In this document: positions 1-8,739 of the stretch, in pieces
Layout: each line of letters starts with the position of its first letter
How positions within the stretch are numbered: position 1 is the first letter of the stretch
NCBI GenBank assembly: GCA_965208575.1
Contig: CBDBOV010000005.1
Location: 704,001 to 768,000 of the forward strand
Direction: 5' to 3'
Length of the DNA stretch: 64,000 nucleotides
DNA from: Spirochaetia bacterium
GTDB lineage: Bacteria; Spirochaetota; Spirochaetia; SZUA-6; Bin103
The notes under the pieces: generated by a model
What the model saw: only the letters and a program-made list of their open reading frames with translations
Database searches by the model: none
What the model was told of the DNA's origin: nothing
Position numbers and translations under genes: made by a program

Positions 1-509
1 GCAGCTTCGCCACCGCCGGCAAGAAACTGGTGTCGCAGTTCCTCGCAGACCCGCAGCTTTCGCTCGCCAAGAAGGTGCGCGAGCACGCCGGCAAGGAGCG
101 CACGTGGGTGAGCGAGGGCGTATTCGATGCGCTGCTGTCCAACCTCGCGCTGCCCACCGACGAATACGGTCTGAAGCGTAACCGCCGCGCCATGGAGGGT
201 TTCGCCGCCATCCTGCGCGATCAGCGCCGGCTGCGCATCATGGGCCAGCAGCTCGAGCAGTTTTTCACCGAGTACTTCCAGGAGCGCCAGCAGCTCAAGC
301 AGAACGTCGACCGCCAATACGCGCCGCGCCTGCAACAGAAGGAAGAGGAGCTTGCCCGCCGGACCGGCAGCCGCGTGCGCATCGATCCGAACACCGATCC
401 CGAGTACGTGCAGTTGCTGCGCCAGCAGATGGCTCTGCTCGAAGACCGCTACGGCAACGTGCTGCAGCAGGTCAAGCAGGACCTCGGCAGCATGTTCGGC
501 CGCGGATAG
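1..509 (+). CDS. Conserved hypothetical alpha-helical protein, 5'-truncated by window edge
   Basis: Frame is open from the window start to TAG at 507-509; host-like codon usage; charged helical sequence with no recognisable catalytic motif. Confidence 0.6.
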   Translation, partial: SFATAGKKLVSQFLADPQLSLAKKVREHAGKERTWVSEGVFDALLSNLALPTDEYGLKRNRRAMEGFAAILRDQRRLRIMGQQLEQFFTEYFQERQQLKQNVDRQYAPRLQQKEEELARRTGSRVRIDPNTDPEYVQLLRQQMALLEDRYGNVLQQVKQDLGSMFGRG

Positions 510-632
510 CTATCGCCGATCGCTCCGGCGGCAGGCTGCGATTCGCCGCCTGCTGCGACACCGACGCCGCGCACGCCCGCGCGTGGGCCGCCACGGCGCC
601 GAGCGCACCTGTTCCGGTCGGTCACCGGGTCG

Positions 633-3600
633 TTACCAGCGCAACGAGCCCTCCAGCTTCACGTCGTGTACCGGCGCCGCGTGCGGGTCGGCGCTCTCGC
701 TCCGCTCCGCCTCCAGGGTGGCGTCGAACGCCGTACCGAGTTCCAGGCGGCCGCCAAGGCTCAGAGTGCGCGCGCCGGCGCCGGTGAGCGCAGCCTGAGC
801 GAACGGCGTAAGCACACCGGTCATGCCGAAAGCCGGCAGGCCGTAGCCGATTTCCGCCTCGACGCGGCCGCCCGGTCGGCGGCCGGGCGGCAGGTCGACG
901 GCGCCGTGCTTCCACAGCCCGTTGACGCCGCTTGCGGTCACGCCCCAGGTCGGCCGCACGCTCATCGACAGGCCGTGGCCCGCCGGGCTCGCGTCGAGCT
1001 GGAGCAGGCCGCTCAGGCCCCACTCGCCGTAGTTGTCGCGCAGCACCAATGCACGGCCGCCGGCCGCCGCCGTCAGGCCCAAGCCCGGATCGGCCCAGGT
1101 CACGCCGCCTCCCACCTCGACACCGATGCCGGTTGCACCGTCGCCGCCGTCGAAACGGCCGCCCACCTCCAGCACAGGTTTCAGCGACCCGCCGCCGGGG
1201 AAGTGCCAGGCGTGGCTGGTCTCGACCACCGCCCGCGCCTGCTGCACGCCCACGTCCAGCTTCCGAATCGTCTTCGCTTCGTTCTCCGCGACCGATCCTC
1301 CACCGAAGAACCCGTCCGCCCTCAGCTTGAGCGCCGTGGTGCCGCCGGCCATGAAGTCGTCGGTCGACAGCAGCGTCACGCTCGCCCCGGCGCCCACCGA
1401 CCACAGGCTGAGGTCCGACTCCTGCACCGCCATGCTTGCAGCGGAATCGTCGATCGACACGCCGCCGATGCCGATACCGCCGGTGGCCCACAGCCCGAAG
1501 CGGGGCGTGGTCCAGCCGACGTAGGGGTATGCGCCGATCAACCAGGTCGCGTAGGTACCCTCGCGGTCGGTAGGCGCGAGCTCATCGACGTAGTCCAGCC
1601 CGCCGCCGGTCCAGGACAGCGCGAGGCCGGTAAGCAGGTTGTCCACGAAGCGCAGGTCGGCGCCGAGCCGGGCGCTCCATACCGAGCCTTCCCAGTCCAC
1701 GTCGTCCGCGTCGCCGTCGCCGCCGTCGATTGCGCGGAAGTCGCCGCGGCCCCAGACCGCGGCCCAGACGCCGGATTCGCGGTCGTGCGCGCTGAGCGGC
1801 ACCAGGAAGGAGGAGCCTCCCAGCACGCGCGCCAAGTCGTAGCTGCCGTCCTGCAGCGCCCGTTCGTTGGCCTGCAGCGCCCGGTGGAGCCCGGTCAGTC
1901 CTGCCAGGTCCGCGCTCGCCGCCGGTGGTTCGCCCCGCGCGGCCAGCGCCATGCGGTCGCTCACCGCCTCCAGTGCGTCCGCCGCCGCAGCGCGCGTGAT
2001 GCCCGGCAGCAGCGCCTCGTTGACCCGGTTGATCGAGAGGTACACCGGATCCTGGATCGCGATCGTCGCCGACTTCGGACTGCCGACGCGCACGGACCCG
2101 TTGGCGGTCGCCGCGCCGGTGAGCGTCAAGACCAGCGTCTCGTCCGGCTCCAGCACCTGGTCGGTCCTGGTCTGAATCGCGATCGTCGCCGTCTGCCGGC
2201 CTGCCGGGATCGAGACCATGGTCGGACTCGGAGCCGTGTAGTCGGCCGGTCCCTCGGCGGTGCCGCCGAGGGAGTAGCTCACGCTCACCGGCGCGGTGCT
2301 TTCGCCGCCGCCCACCTTCACCGTGAACCGCGCCACATCGCCTTCGGCTACCGTCTTCGGCGCGGTGACGCTGACCGACAGTTCGTCGTGGCCGGTGTGC
2401 CGGTCCACGATCGTGACGCTCGCGGTAGCGTGCGATCCCACCACCGCCAGCCCGGCGCCCACCGCTTCCGCTTCGGTCAGCGTCACCGACAGGGTCTCGT
2501 CCGGCTCCGGCACGCCGTCCGCTTCGGTTGTGACGGTGATCGTGCCGCTGTCCTGATTCTCGGGAATCGTCAGCGTTCCGGAAGACGGCCCCGCGTAGTC
2601 CGCGGCCGTTGCCTCCCCGCCCAGTTCCCAGTCGACCGTGACGCCTGACCGGTTGTCTCCACCGGTCAGGCTGACGGTGAACGTTGCCGGTTGGCCCTCG
2701 ATCACCGTCGCCGGCGTCGGCGCGCTCACGCTCGCCGCGAGCGCGGGGCCGTCCGCGCCCGCTCCCTCCACCTTCGGGGCGGGGCGCTCGTGCGTGATGG
2801 TCGCCGTTGCTTCCCGGTCCCACAGCACCACCCCGGACGGCGCGCCGGCCGGCAGATCCTTCAAACTCACCGTGAAGGTCTCGTCGGCTTCCGCCAGAAG
2901 GTCGTCCCTGGTCGCCACCTTGATCGTCGCCCTCGTCTCGCCCGCCATCACGGTCAAGGACGCCCCCGCCGCGGGGGCAGTGTAGTCGTTCGTAGTCGCC
3001 CCGGTCGTACCTGCCGGGCCGGCGATTGCCGCATAACCCACGGTCACGTCAGCGGCGACCTTGCCCGTGAGGTCGACCGTGAACGTCGCGGTCTCGCCCT
3101 CCACCACCGTCGTGTCGTCGATCGAGATCGCGACTTCGGAGTAGTCGGCGATGGTGGCGCTCGCCGTCGCCGTGCCGAGCGCAACCGCACCGGCAGACGT
3201 CGCGGACAGCAGGGTAACCGACAACGTCTCGCCGCGGTCGAGCACGCGGTCCTCACGGGTCGCGATCGAAATCGTACCGGTCGATGCGCCGCGGCCGATC
3301 GTGAGCGTGCCGCTCGCAGCGGCGTAGTCGCCGTCCTCCGCCGTGGCAGTGCCGCCGACGTCGTAGCCGACCACTACCGGTGCGGTGCTCGTGGCTCCGG
3401 TCAGGGTCACGACGAACGTCGCCGCCGAACCCTCCGGCACCGTGGCCTGCCCGACCGCCACCGATGCGGTGAGCGCGTCGTCGGCCGCGTCCGTGATCGT
3501 ACCCTTCACCGTCGGAGTTGCGATCCCCACGCCCGCGGACCCCCGTACCCACGACAATCGCAGGTCGAGGGTTTCGTCCCCTTCGTTCAGGGTATCGGCA

Positions 3601-6600
3601 CGGGTAGGCACGGTGACCGTTTGCGCGCTGCTGGTCTCGGTCGTGGTGGTGCCGTCGGAGCTTCCGAACGTCAGCGTGCCGCTCTGCGCGGTGTAGTCCG
3701 CGGGTTGGCTCGCGGTGCCGCCCCCCGTTCGGTAACTCACCACGGCGTACACGTTCCCTGACGGAGTGATCGTGAAATCGAGAGCGCTGCCCTCGCCTGC
3801 CGTGGGTTCATTCGCCGAGATTGCCTCACGAACGACCGCCGTGTTCACCGATGAGGTTCCGCGGGTTACCGTTCCCCGCACCGCCGCAACGCCGGTCAGC
3901 GTCACCACCAGCGTCTCGCCCACGCTCGGGGCATTGGCGGGAGCGACGGCAAAGGAAGCGGTGCCCGTCTGGTTCGGCGCCGTAATGGTCGCGGTTCCGG
4001 TTCCGGACTGGGCGCCCACGCGGTAGGCGTAGTCCACGGTGATGTCGTTGCCGGCGTCCGTTGTGCCGCCGGTGAACTGCAACGTGTACTCCACGCTGGC
4101 GGCAGCACTCTCGGCCACCGCCCGCGGTCCGCCGAGGTTTATCCGCAACGGATCGTTCTTGCGGATGGTTCCCGTTGCCGTACTTGCACGCAACGCCACC
4201 GTTCCGTTCAGCAAGACTGTTGGTGGTGTCGATATTATCGCCAGGCTGGAGAGCGTCACCGCGAACGTTTCCTCGTCCTCGGCGAACGTGTCGTCCATGG
4301 TCTGCACCGTGACGGTTGCGCGGGTCTCCCCGGCGGCAAAGGTCAGAGTGGCTGGCACGGCGGCTCCGTAGTCACCCGTGGTTGCGGTGGCTGCGGTGGC
4401 TGCGACTGCCATCGTGACGGGGTACATCACCGGTCTGGAGAGGCTCACCGCAAACACGGCCGCTTCGCCCTCGTCCACGGGCGCCGCGTCCGCCACCGAG
4501 ACCTCCACGAAACCGCCGTGATCCCGGATATTCGTTGGCTGCGACGCGGTGGCAGAAGCCGTGACCGTTCCCGCCGCGGTAGTCGCGGCGGTCAACTCGA
4601 CCGCCAACGTCTCGCCGCCACGAGTGCCAGACATGATGAACAGTTCCAGCACGTCGTCGGTCCTGGTGCGGATGGTGATCGTGCCACTCGAGCGCCCGGC
4701 CGGGATGGTCAGCTTGCCGCTGGGGCTGGTGTAGTCATCGGGCGCCTTTGCCGTCGAAGCCGCGGTGGGGCGGTAGCTGACGATGACCGGCCGGCTGCCG
4801 CTGGCACTGGCGCCGCCAGTCCGCGTCAGCGCTACCAGGAACGTGGCGTCGGAGCCCTCCAGCATCGTCTCCCGCAATCGCGTGACCGTTGCAGTCAGGG
4901 CGTCGTCGTCGTCGATGGTGGCCGTAGCCCGGTCGGTACCGAGCACGACGCTGCCGCCCTGCGGCGACACCAGGGTCAGCGCCATCGAGAACGTCTCATC
5001 GTCCTCCGCCAGGGTGTCGTCTTCAACGTTCACCGTCACCGTTTCGCTGCCGGCGCCGGTGAACGTCAGGGTGCCACTCGCGGAATCGTAGTCGGCGCTT
5101 CCGGCGGTCCCGCTCGCGGTCGCGTAGCGCACCACTACTTCCCCGGCGTTACTGCCGGTCCTGGTCACCGTGAAGGCGATGTCATTCGCCTCCACTACGG
5201 CGGCGGCCGGTGCCGAGACGCTTACCCTATCGACGTTCGAGCCCACGATCCTGGTGCTCGCGCTGGACGTGCCGCGGCTTACGCGACCGGCGCCGGTATT
5301 CACGCCGGCGAGGCTGACCGACAGGGTGCCCGGCGCGTCCCCGCTCTGGGTGGCGACCGAAAACGTGCCGCTCGACGCCCCGGCAGTGATCGTCGCGGTG
5401 CTGGCCTTGCTGCCGGCCTGCCAGGAGGCCACGACGTCGGAACTGCCGAGACCGCCGGCGAGTTCCACCGTGTAGGTCGCCGGGGAACCCTCGGTGACCG
5501 ACTGGTCGCCGCTCAGGTTCACCCTGAGCGGGTCGTCGTCGCGGATCGTTGCCGCGGCCTTGGCGACGCCGATCGCCACGTTGTTGGCTGCAAGGCTGCC
5601 GCCGGCGTCATCCGAGATCGTCACTTCGAAGTTCTCGTCGGCCTCCGCGAGGTTGTCCAGCGTGGTTGCCACCGTGAACGTCGCGCTGAGCTTGCCGGCC
5701 TTCAGGGTAACGGCGCCCGGGGCTCCGTTATAGTCGGTGGCGTCCGCGTCCTGGGGAGTGACCGTGACCGTGATGTCCTGGTTCACGGTGCCCGACAGCT
5801 TGATCGTGAACACGGCGTCGGCACCCTCGTTCACCGTGCCCGCGCCGCTCACCGAAACACGCAGCCCGCCGTCGCTCTCCGGTATCGTGGTGCTCGCCGT
5901 GGTCGTCGCACCGAGGGCTACGCTGCCGTTCCGGGTGGTCGGCCCCGACAGCGCTACCGACAGAGTCTCCTCCGCCTCCGACAGGTCGTCGTCGACCACG
6001 GCAACGGTGATGACTCCGGTCGCAACCCCCGCGGGGATGGTCAGAACTCCGCTCGACTTCCTTACGTCGCCGGTCACCGCGCCGTCCACCCTGACCCGGT
6101 AGGGCACCATCACGTCGGCGGTGCTGGTGATCACCGGTGTGGCCGTGGGACCCGCCAGCGTCACCGTGAAGGTGGCGTTGGCGCCCTCGACCACCGTCTG
6201 CTCGTTGGCCGCCACCGTCGCCGTCAGCGTGTCGCCATCGACGATCGCGGTCGTGGCGACCGGCGTTCCCAGCTTCACGCCGGCCGGCGTTCCGGCGAGC
6301 GACACCGTCGCGGTGAGCGTCTCCTTCGCCTCCTCCAGAGTGTCATCCACCGTCGCGATCGTGAGCGACCGCGTGCGCGCTGAATTGTCCGCCGGGAACG
6401 TGAGCGACGTGGCCGCGGGTGCGGTGTAGTCGTTCGCCGCCGCCGTGCCGCCCAGGGCGTAGTTGACCACGAGCTGCTTGCTGTTGGCGCCGCCCGTCAG
6501 TTCGACGTCGAACGTTGCGTCCGTGCCTTCGGTCACCTCCCTCTGATTGGCAGCGACCGATACGGTAACCGTACCCTCGGGTGTGAACGCGGTGGTGGCC

Positions 6601-8510
6601 GCGGCGGGCGTTCCCACGGTGGCCGTTCCGTTGGCGGTCTCCGCCCTGGTCAACGTCACCACCAGCGTTTCGCCGGCACCCTCGTTGGCGACCGCCCTGG
6701 TCTGGATCGTGAAGCTTCCCGTCGCTGCAGTGCGTCGCAGCTCCGAGTAGAGTGACGGGTCTATGACAGCTATGGTGAGCTTGCCCTCGCCCGGATCGGT
6801 GTAGTCGGTGCCGGCCGTCGCGGTTCCGCCCACCGTGTAGTCGACCACCACGTCGGCGGAGCCGACGCCGCCGGCCAGTTCCACGGTGTACACCGCCGGC
6901 GAGCCCTCCGGCACCGTTCCGGGTCCCTTGACCGACGCTTTCAGAATGTTCCCATCGGTTATCCACCCTACTGGGGTGGGCCCTGTGAAGTCCACTCCGG
7001 GCGGAAGGGAGGCTGTGTTCATCCTAAGCGTGAAGCGTTCCCTCTTTTCCGCAAGATCGTCGGCGGTCAGCTCCACCGTTATACGGGCGGACGTCTGGCC
7101 GGCTGGTATGGTGAGTGGAACATTGCTTTTTAGAGTGAAGTCCCCGCCGTCGGATCTTGCCGTAACGTTCGTCGTAGAGTATGAAAACCGCGCGTCAACG
7201 GCCACCACCCTGGACAATTTGACTTCAAACACTGCGTTGCCGCCCTCGGGCCCGGTCGCACCCATCACCTCGATGCCAACGGCGCGGCCGCCGTCTTCGA
7301 CCCAGCCCGTGGTAGACGAAAATCTGTCACGAATCCTTACCGTCCCCGCCGCGGTGGTGGCACGCTTCAGCGTTATCCTGAGTCCTTCGGGGCGTTCCAG
7401 CAATTCGTCGGCGAGCGTCCTGATGGTAAAGGTGGCGCTCGTTTCCCCGGCGGGGATCGTCAGCGTTCCCGCGCCCGGGTCTTCGTAGTCTTCCGCCGTG
7501 ATGGTGCCGGGGTGGAGGCCGGTCACCTCGTATTCCACCACTACCGCGGCAGCGCTGGCGGCGTCGTAACCAGGGTCGCCTGCTTCCAGGCCCACCTCGA
7601 ACGTCGCCGCCGAACCCTCCACTATCCGTGACTCAGATGTACGTATGAAGACGGTCAGAGCATCATTGTCGGTGATGGTGCCGGTGGCCACGGAGTTCCC
7701 GAGCGCCACGTTCGCCGGAGGGCTGACCAGCCGCAACGTCAACTCGAGCTTTTCGTTACCCTCGTACAGCTTGTCGTCTTCGATGGCCACCGTAGCCACC
7801 GTAACCGATCCCGTCGTGCCGCCCGCGATGGTCAGGGTCCCGCTTTGCGCCGTGTAGTCCGCGCCCGCCGTGGCAGTCACGTCTCGCGTGGCGTAGGCAA
7901 CCTCCAGGGCGTCCGTTATTCCCGCCGGCACCGTCACGGTGAACGCGATTTCATCGTCCTCCTCGGCCGCGGAGACATCAGCCGCCGTCACGATCGCGGT
8001 GGCGGCGGGCCGGATCGTGGTCACCACCCGGTTCGGCGAACCGATGGCGACCGTGCCCGCGCTCGTGGCGGCGCCCGTCAGCGTCACGATCAGCGTCTCG
8101 CCCACTTCCTCCATGGTGTCGCCGAGCACATTGATCGTAATGGTCCCCGAGGCCGCGCCCGCGGCGATGGTCAACTTCCCGCCGCCGGCGTCCGTGTAGT
8201 CCACCTCCTTCGTTGCCGTGCCGGTCACCGAGTAATCGATCACGATGGCGGTGCTGCCCCTGAGTCCGCTGCCAAGGGTCACCGCATAGGGTACCGGTCG
8301 AGGGGTGGCCGCATCGGCGCCCTCCTTCACGTCGTGCGGGCCGGAAATCGTCGCCACCGGCACGTCGGCGAAGGCGGCCACGGAGATGAGGAGGATGGCG
8401 CAGGCGGCCAGCAGGCTCCCCCCCCCCCCCCCCCCCCCGGCGCGGTGCAGGGTGCTGCGAGAGGATCGAGCAGCGGCGCCTCCCGGAGCGCGCGCGCCAT
8501 GCCTGGTCAC
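633..8510 (-). CDS. Giant Calx-beta-repeat surface protein/adhesin with C-terminal autotransporter-like beta-barrel (~2625 aa)
   Basis: Repeated ~115-aa units (V.EG..A.F.V.L...V.Y...GTA...DY....GTLTI.AG.....I....DD...E..ETL.V.L); signal peptide LLAACAILLISVAAFA/D; Gly/aromatic beta-strand C-terminus ending VKLEGSLRW. GTG at 8510 preceded by GGGAGG is preferred to the ORF-track ATG at 8612. Confidence 0.85.
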   Translation of the reverse strand: MTRHGARAPGGAAARSSRSTLHRAGGGGGGGSLLAACAILLISVAAFADVPVATISGPHDVKEGADAATPRPVPYAVTLGSGLRGSTAIVIDYSVTGTATKEVDYTDAGGGKLTIAAGAASGTITINVLGDTMEEVGETLIVTLTGAATSAGTVAIGSPNRVVTTIRPAATAIVTAADVSAAEEDDEIAFTVTVPAGITDALEVAYATRDVTATAGADYTAQSGTLTIAGGTTGSVTVATVAIEDDKLYEGNEKLELTLRLVSPPANVALGNSVATGTITDNDALTVFIRTSESRIVEGSAATFEVGLEAGDPGYDAASAAAVVVEYEVTGLHPGTITAEDYEDPGAGTLTIPAGETSATFTIRTLADELLERPEGLRITLKRATTAAGTVRIRDRFSSTTGWVEDGGRAVGIEVMGATGPEGGNAVFEVKLSRVVAVDARFSYSTTNVTARSDGGDFTLKSNVPLTIPAGQTSARITVELTADDLAEKRERFTLRMNTASLPPGVDFTGPTPVGWITDGNILKASVKGPGTVPEGSPAVYTVELAGGVGSADVVVDYTVGGTATAGTDYTDPGEGKLTIAVIDPSLYSELRRTAATGSFTIQTRAVANEGAGETLVVTLTRAETANGTATVGTPAAATTAFTPEGTVTVSVAANQREVTEGTDATFDVELTGGANSKQLVVNYALGGTAAANDYTAPAATSLTFPADNSARTRSLTIATVDDTLEEAKETLTATVSLAGTPAGVKLGTPVATTAIVDGDTLTATVAANEQTVVEGANATFTVTLAGPTATPVITSTADVMVPYRVRVDGAVTGDVRKSSGVLTIPAGVATGVITVAVVDDDLSEAEETLSVALSGPTTRNGSVALGATTTASTTIPESDGGLRVSVSGAGTVNEGADAVFTIKLSGTVNQDITVTVTPQDADATDYNGAPGAVTLKAGKLSATFTVATTLDNLAEADENFEVTISDDAGGSLAANNVAIGVAKAAATIRDDDPLRVNLSGDQSVTEGSPATYTVELAGGLGSSDVVASWQAGSKASTATITAGASSGTFSVATQSGDAPGTLSVSLAGVNTGAGRVSRGTSSASTRIVGSNVDRVSVSAPAAAVVEANDIAFTVTRTGSNAGEVVVRYATASGTAGSADYDSASGTLTFTGAGSETVTVNVEDDTLAEDDETFSMALTLVSPQGGSVVLGTDRATATIDDDDALTATVTRLRETMLEGSDATFLVALTRTGGASASGSRPVIVSYRPTAASTAKAPDDYTSPSGKLTIPAGRSSGTITIRTRTDDVLELFIMSGTRGGETLAVELTAATTAAGTVTASATASQPTNIRDHGGFVEVSVADAAPVDEGEAAVFAVSLSRPVMYPVTMAVAATAATATTGDYGAAVPATLTFAAGETRATVTVQTMDDTFAEDEETFAVTLSSLAIISTPPTVLLNGTVALRASTATGTIRKNDPLRINLGGPRAVAESAAASVEYTLQFTGGTTDAGNDITVDYAYRVGAQSGTGTATITAPNQTGTASFAVAPANAPSVGETLVVTLTGVAAVRGTVTRGTSSVNTAVVREAISANEPTAGEGSALDFTITPSGNVYAVVSYRTGGGTASQPADYTAQSGTLTFGSSDGTTTTETSSAQTVTVPTRADTLNEGDETLDLRLSWVRGSAGVGIATPTVKGTITDAADDALTASVAVGQATVPEGSAATFVVTLTGATSTAPVVVGYDVGGTATAEDGDYAAASGTLTIGRGASTGTISIATREDRVLDRGETLSVTLLSATSAGAVALGTATASATIADYSEVAISIDDTTVVEGETATFTVDLTGKVAADVTVGYAAIAGPAGTTGATTNDYTAPAAGASLTVMAGETRATIKVATRDDLLAEADETFTVSLKDLPAGAPSGVVLWDREATATITHERPAPKVEGAGADGPALAASVSAPTPATVIEGQPATFTVSLTGGDNRSGVTVDWELGGEATAADYAGPSSGTLTIPENQDSGTITVTTEADGVPEPDETLSVTLTEAEAVGAGLAVVGSHATASVTIVDRHTGHDELSVSVTAPKTVAEGDVARFTVKVGGGESTAPVSVSYSLGGTAEGPADYTAPSPTMVSIPAGRQTATIAIQTRTDQVLEPDETLVLTLTGAATANGSVRVGSPKSATIAIQDPVYLSINRVNEALLPGITRAAAADALEAVSDRMALAARGEPPAASADLAGLTGLHRALQANERALQDGSYDLARVLGGSSFLVPLSAHDRESGVWAAVWGRGDFRAIDGGDGDADDVDWEGSVWSARLGADLRFVDNLLTGLALSWTGGGLDYVDELAPTDREGTYATWLIGAYPYVGWTTPRFGLWATGGIGIGGVSIDDSAASMAVQESDLSLWSVGAGASVTLLSTDDFMAGGTTALKLRADGFFGGGSVAENEAKTIRKLDVGVQQARAVVETSHAWHFPGGGSLKPVLEVGGRFDGGDGATGIGVEVGGGVTWADPGLGLTAAAGGRALVLRDNYGEWGLSGLLQLDASPAGHGLSMSVRPTWGVTASGVNGLWKHGAVDLPPGRRPGGRVEAEIGYGLPAFGMTGVLTPFAQAALTGAGARTLSLGGRLELGTAFDATLEAERSESADPHAAPVHDVKLEGSLRW
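8418..8438 (-). repeat. Homopolymer G21 (C21 on + strand) in the 5' coding region of the adhesin
   Basis: 21 consecutive C counted at 8418-8438; encodes Gly7 immediately before the hydrophobic signal region. Confidence 0.95.
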
Positions 8511-8610
8511 GATCCCTCCCGACCGATCCGAAACCGGTTGTCGCCTCGCAGGACACTCTCCGGGCCGACCGAAGCAGTACGAACTCTCCACTGGCCCCGC
8601 CATCGGGCCC

Positions 8611-8670
8611 AAGATATCACACTGACATATATATTACATGTCTATAATTCACATTATAATATTCTTTCCA
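8611..8670 (-). promoter_or_regulatory. AT-rich promoter/operator island upstream of the adhesin
   Basis: Very AT-rich 60 bp in a GC-rich background; TATAAT on the minus strand (8653-8658); inverted repeats TATAAT-N4-ATTATA (8643-8658) and GACAT-N9-ATGTC (8624-8642). Confidence 0.6.
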
Positions 8671-8739
8671 TGTCGTTCGGTCGTGCCGGCGATGGTCGTC
8701 GACGGATTTCGTCCAGCCGTCGGCGCCGGGAGCAGCCGC

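Noticed and set aside
528-556. Hairpin between the convergent first gene and the adhesin
   Set aside because: Stem present but no U-tract on either strand; cannot be supported as a terminator
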